Positions 41,442 through 64,000 of a DNA stretch of 64,000 nt are shown here, in pieces. Numbering within the stretch: position 1 is the first letter of the stretch; every line of letters starts with the position of its first letter. Origin of the DNA: Malacoraja senta (Eukaryota); NCBI GenBank assembly GCA_038087875.1, contig CM075999.1, positions 4,032,001 to 4,096,000 of the forward strand, written 5' to 3'. A model generated the notes under the pieces. The model was not told the origin of the DNA and did no database searches. It saw nothing but the letters and a program-made list of their open reading frames with translations. The translations under genes were made by a program, and so were the position numbers.

Positions 41442-43551
41442 ATTGTTCTAACACAACTAATAAAGCATGTTCAAGTTCAAATTGATAACACAACAGTAGT
41501 TGTTTATATTAATGATATGGAATTAAGTCGGTGTCTTGTGACAAAATGGTTAATCAACTTTGGGCTTGGTGTATTGAAAAGAACATTTGGATTTCAGCTA
41601 TCTATCTACCAGGTAGAATGAACGATAGCAGACACCAAGTCACGAAAAGTTCCATGATAATAAAGAATGGATGTTGAATCAAGAGGTATTCAATGATATA
41701 GTCATCAGATTTGGAATGACCGACATCGACTTGAATCATCAGCTATCGAGATATGTCTCATGGAAACCAGATCCAGGAGCAGTGGCGATTGATGCTTTCT
41801 CGCTACATTGGGGTGGTATGTTTTCATATATATTTCCACCTTTCTGCCTCATAAGCCAATGTTTGCTAAAAATCAGGCAAGATGCTGCTTCAAGGGTATT
41901 GGTAGTACCAGATTGGTCTACACAGCCATGGTATCCGTTGATATTAGAATTAACAACACAAATGTTGATGAAAGTCCCAAAAAAAAAAGAGTAATTTATT
42001 GCTGCACCCTGTACAGGGGAACAACATCCATTATATGATCGTTTGGATTTGTTGATTTGCAGGTTTTAAGAATGCCTTTTCTGGGACGAGGACTGTCTGA
42101 GCATACTGTGGACATGCTTACGACAGCCTGGAGGAAGAGCACTCAAAAACAGTACCTTTCTTATATTAAGAAATGGGAAGAGTTCTGGGTACAAAAGAAT
42201 GTGCAATAAAGTACTGCAGATATTTCAAATGTTTAGAATTTCTGTCAAAACTTTATTATGATGAAGGTCTGAGTTGTAGTGCAATTAATTCAGCCAGAAG
42301 TGCATTGTCCTCATATTTGGTTCTGGATTCAGAAAGAAACTCAATTGGGTCACACCTAATTGTTTCCAGACTAATGAAAGGAATCTTTAATTCCAAACCA
42401 CCGAAACCTAGGTACGTGAAAATCTGGGATGTAAGTGTGGTACTGAAACTACTTCGTGATGGTTATCAAGTGTGTCTTTACCTTTGGTCAAGCTCAGTAT
42501 GAAAGTATTCATGTTTATGTCATGAGTGACAGCACAACGAGTGCAAACACTTGGAAAATTACAAATAGATAGTATGGAAGTAACTGAAGACAACGTTACA
42601 TTCTATATCTATGACCTAATAAAGCAAATTAGGCCAGGTGTGACAGGATTTAAAATTATGCTGGCAGCATATCCAAATGATCCAGGTCTTTGTATTAAGA
42701 CATGTTTATTACAATACATTGAGGTCACAAAGAATTTGAGAATACGGAAACTGGGTTTTTGATCACACACAAGAAACCACACAAGAGAGTTTTAATACAG
42801 ACTATTTCCAGATGGATAAAAGAAGTCTTAACAGCTGCTGGTATTAACACTTATGTTTTTATGTCTTACTCGGCTAGGGCAGCAGAAATGTCGGCGGCCA
42901 GGGCAAAAGACGGCCCCGTCGACCATATCCTCGCAGCCGCCGGGTGGTCCAATGAGTTGATGTTTCAACATTTTTACCATCGGCCTATTGTTAATGCGGG
43001 GTTGTTTGCAGAAACTATTTTAAGTTCTGTGTAAATTCCTCTGGTTTAAAGGGGATCTGATTCATTTCATTCTTGAAATGAATTACTGCATTTGTGGTAC
43101 AAATGTTATTATGAATGCATGATTGATTATTCTCGTTCCGAGTCAATCTATGCAGTGAGAAGCCGGGATTGATCCATGGCATGAAATCACAAAGCTTTAA
43201 AATCTTCACGTAGTCACTCACGTGACTCCGAAGTAAAATAGTAAGATTAAACGAGAACTTACCTAAGTTTGAAGTTTGATCTTTATTTTATGAGGAGTTA
43301 CGTAGGTGATTACGTGCCCACCACGACCCTACCCTCTATCATAAAGGTCAGATGGAAGTTCTTGTCTTACTCGTTTTAGTATGAGACTATATTACTTCGG
43401 TTGTTGTTTTTTGTGATTTCACACCGCTGCTTTGAAGATTGACGCGCAGGCGCACTGACGGGCTTCTTCACGTAATCACCTACGTAACTCCTCATAAAAT
43501 AAAGATCAAACTTCAAACTTAGGTAAGTTCTCGTTTAATCTTACTATTTTA
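41442..43551 (+). mobile_element. DIRS1-type tyrosine-recombinase retrotransposon, degenerate 3' part
   Basis: RNaseH-like end, DAFSLHW..YIFPPF..VVPDWSTQPWYP (methylase-like region), YR motifs SAINSARSALS, TISRWIK, SARAA..ILAAAGWS..FYHRP; terminal 83-bp inverted repeat. Confidence 0.88.
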
Positions 43552-43742
43552 TTCTAGTTTAAATATTTTATTTGATTGTTTTTAATTTTGTAATTATTAT
43601 CTGAATATCTAATAATCATTTTATATCTAAATGTCATTTTATATGTGTTTCTTTCAAATGCTTTAAATGTTTTATGTAAAGCACTTTGAATGACCTTGTG
43701 TTGAAAGGTGCTATACCAATAAACTTGCCTTGCCTTGCCTTG

Positions 43743-43944
43743 CTGATCACGGGACAGGTGTACTGATCACGGGACAGGTGTACTGATCACGGGACAGGTG
43801 TACTGATCACGGGACAGGTGTACTGATCACGGGACAGGTGTACTGATCACGGGACAGGTGTACTGATCACGGGACAGGTGTACTGATCACGGGACAGGTG
43901 TACTGATCACGGGACAGGTGTACTGATCACGGGACAGGTGTACT
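43743..43944. repeat. Perfect 20-bp tandem repeat x10 just upstream of an LCK acceptor
   Basis: CTGATCACGGGACAGGTGTA x10. Confidence 0.97.
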
Positions 43945-43946
43945 AA

Positions 43947-62460
<18,514 letters not shown>

Positions 62461-64000
62461 CAGTATTGACATGGACAACGCAGACAGATATGACGCCTTC
62501 CACACACTTTGAAAGTATCTCACGGTGCGGTACAGCCCAGAAAATACTTGAGAAATGCTGCAAAATAGGAAGTATGGCAGGTGACTAGTGCAGAGTAAAC
62601 TCCCACAAACAACAGTGAGATAATGACCAGACAGATGGTTAATGATGTTGAACGATGTATAAATATTGGCCAAGACAGTGTAGTCATGTCCTGGGCACAT
62701 CCCTGGAAACACAGCCTCCTGTGTGGCATTCCATCACTGGAAGTTCTGGGATACTCAGCATCACTTCTCACTCCCCCCCCCCCCCCACACCTCACCACAC
62801 CTCACCGCCCCCCCCCCCCCACCTGCCTCATACCCCTCCACGTGCTCCTCCCCCACCCCACAGCCCATGCCCATGCCCCACAGGGATGTTTACTTTAGTT
62901 TAGTTTAGCTTATTATTGTTATTGTCACGTTTACCGAAGTACAATGAAAAGCTTTTGTTGCGTGCTATCCAGTCAGTGAAAAGACATGAATAGTATCGAG
63001 CCGTCCACAGTATACAAATATATGATGAAGGGAATAAGATAATTTCCAGTAAAGTCCAATTAAAGATAGTCCAAGGGTCTCCAATGAGGTGGATGGGAGG
63101 TCAGGACCGCTCTCCAGTTGGTGAGAGGATGGTTCAGTTGCCTGATAACAGCTGGGAAGAAACTGTCCCTGAATCTGGAGGTGTGCATTTTGACACTTCT
63201 GTACCTCTTGCCTGATGGGAGAGGGGAGAAGAGGGAGTGAGCGGGTTGGGACTGGTCCTTGGATTTCTATCTCAACTCATCCAGTGATGCTCTCTTTACA
63301 AGAAAGTCAAGTGTGTGTAATAAGTCCCAGCACGGAACAATGATATTCATACTTGCTGCAGCTTAGCAGCCCCACTAATACAAGAACACAAAATACATTG
63401 CAGCAATCAATAATACAGTAAGTTGATAATTAGTAGTACTTGGGAATCGTCACAGTGCAAAGCCAAAGTTTCCAAACCTGAACATAATTCATCAGAAATA
63501 TTTTGCTACATTTTCTAAATTCTTTGAAAGGTCCATGCTATTTTGAAGCCACAACTCTGTTTATGCGATTTTATTTGAAGTAATTTTAAATTAGTGATGC
63601 TCTCTCAATTTTAACGATCTCTTTCTGGCTTTCAAATCAAAACTCACCCACTGGAGTTCATGAGCGACGGACACAAAGCTGTCTGCAACGGACCTGCTGA
63701 ATGTTTCTGGCACTGTGCGTCCGTCATCCCTGTCCCTTGATGTTATCTGTCTCTGTCATATACTGTAGGTGGATGTTTGAACTGATCTGCACTCGGATAT
63801 CATGTAGCTCAGCACATTAAGCTTGGGCAGCTTACACCCCAGCGGTATGAATATTGACTTCTCTAACTTCAAGTAACCCTTGCTTTCCCTCTCTCTCTCC
63901 GTCCCTCCCCCATCCTAGTTCTCTGACCAGTCTGACTGTCCTCCTGATTAAATTTTACTATTGTTTGATTCGTTGTCACCTTCCCCTAGCTAACAATTAT

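Noticed and set aside
39406..41493. Long Cys/Val-rich ORFs resembling metallothionein or keratin-associated proteins
   Set aside because: Translations of a minisatellite and N gap; only 39668-39829 is a real exon.
42173..43034. Phage-integrase-like ORFs suggesting prophage or bacterial contamination
   Set aside because: Domain order and terminal inverted structure fit a eukaryotic DIRS retrotransposon.
43743..43944. CRISPR-like look of regular repeats (also 8138-8455, 30660-30911, 60381-60697)
   Set aside because: Head-to-tail units with no unique spacers, no cas genes, eukaryotic context.

Overview
Vertebrate genomic DNA with a repeat landscape typical of cartilaginous fish (inferred skate/ray: HE1/V-SINEs, CR1, L2, Rex1, L1, Penelope, DIRS). 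It has two 200-N gaps (15734-15933, 41242-41441). I rebuilt four spliced genes exon by exon: TMEM234 (-, exons 2-5), EIF3I (+, exons 2-11, with a U12-type intron and probable assembly indels), an apparently intact MTMR9-like pseudophosphatase (-, last 5 exons) and LCK (+, last 5 kinase exons). This matches the gene order I recall for human 1p35. The most unusual observation is that splice signals of LCK and the MTMR9-like gene have been tandemly copied into the adjacent intron: arrays of exon end plus donor, two giving in-frame extensions, and one branch-point array. Also notable are many Penelope-derived minimal hammerhead-like motifs, often as inverted pairs, a DIRS element with a perfect 83-bp internal inverted repeat, and an L1 with a 16-bp TSD. 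Gene names rest on remembered protein similarity and synteny; no searches were run.
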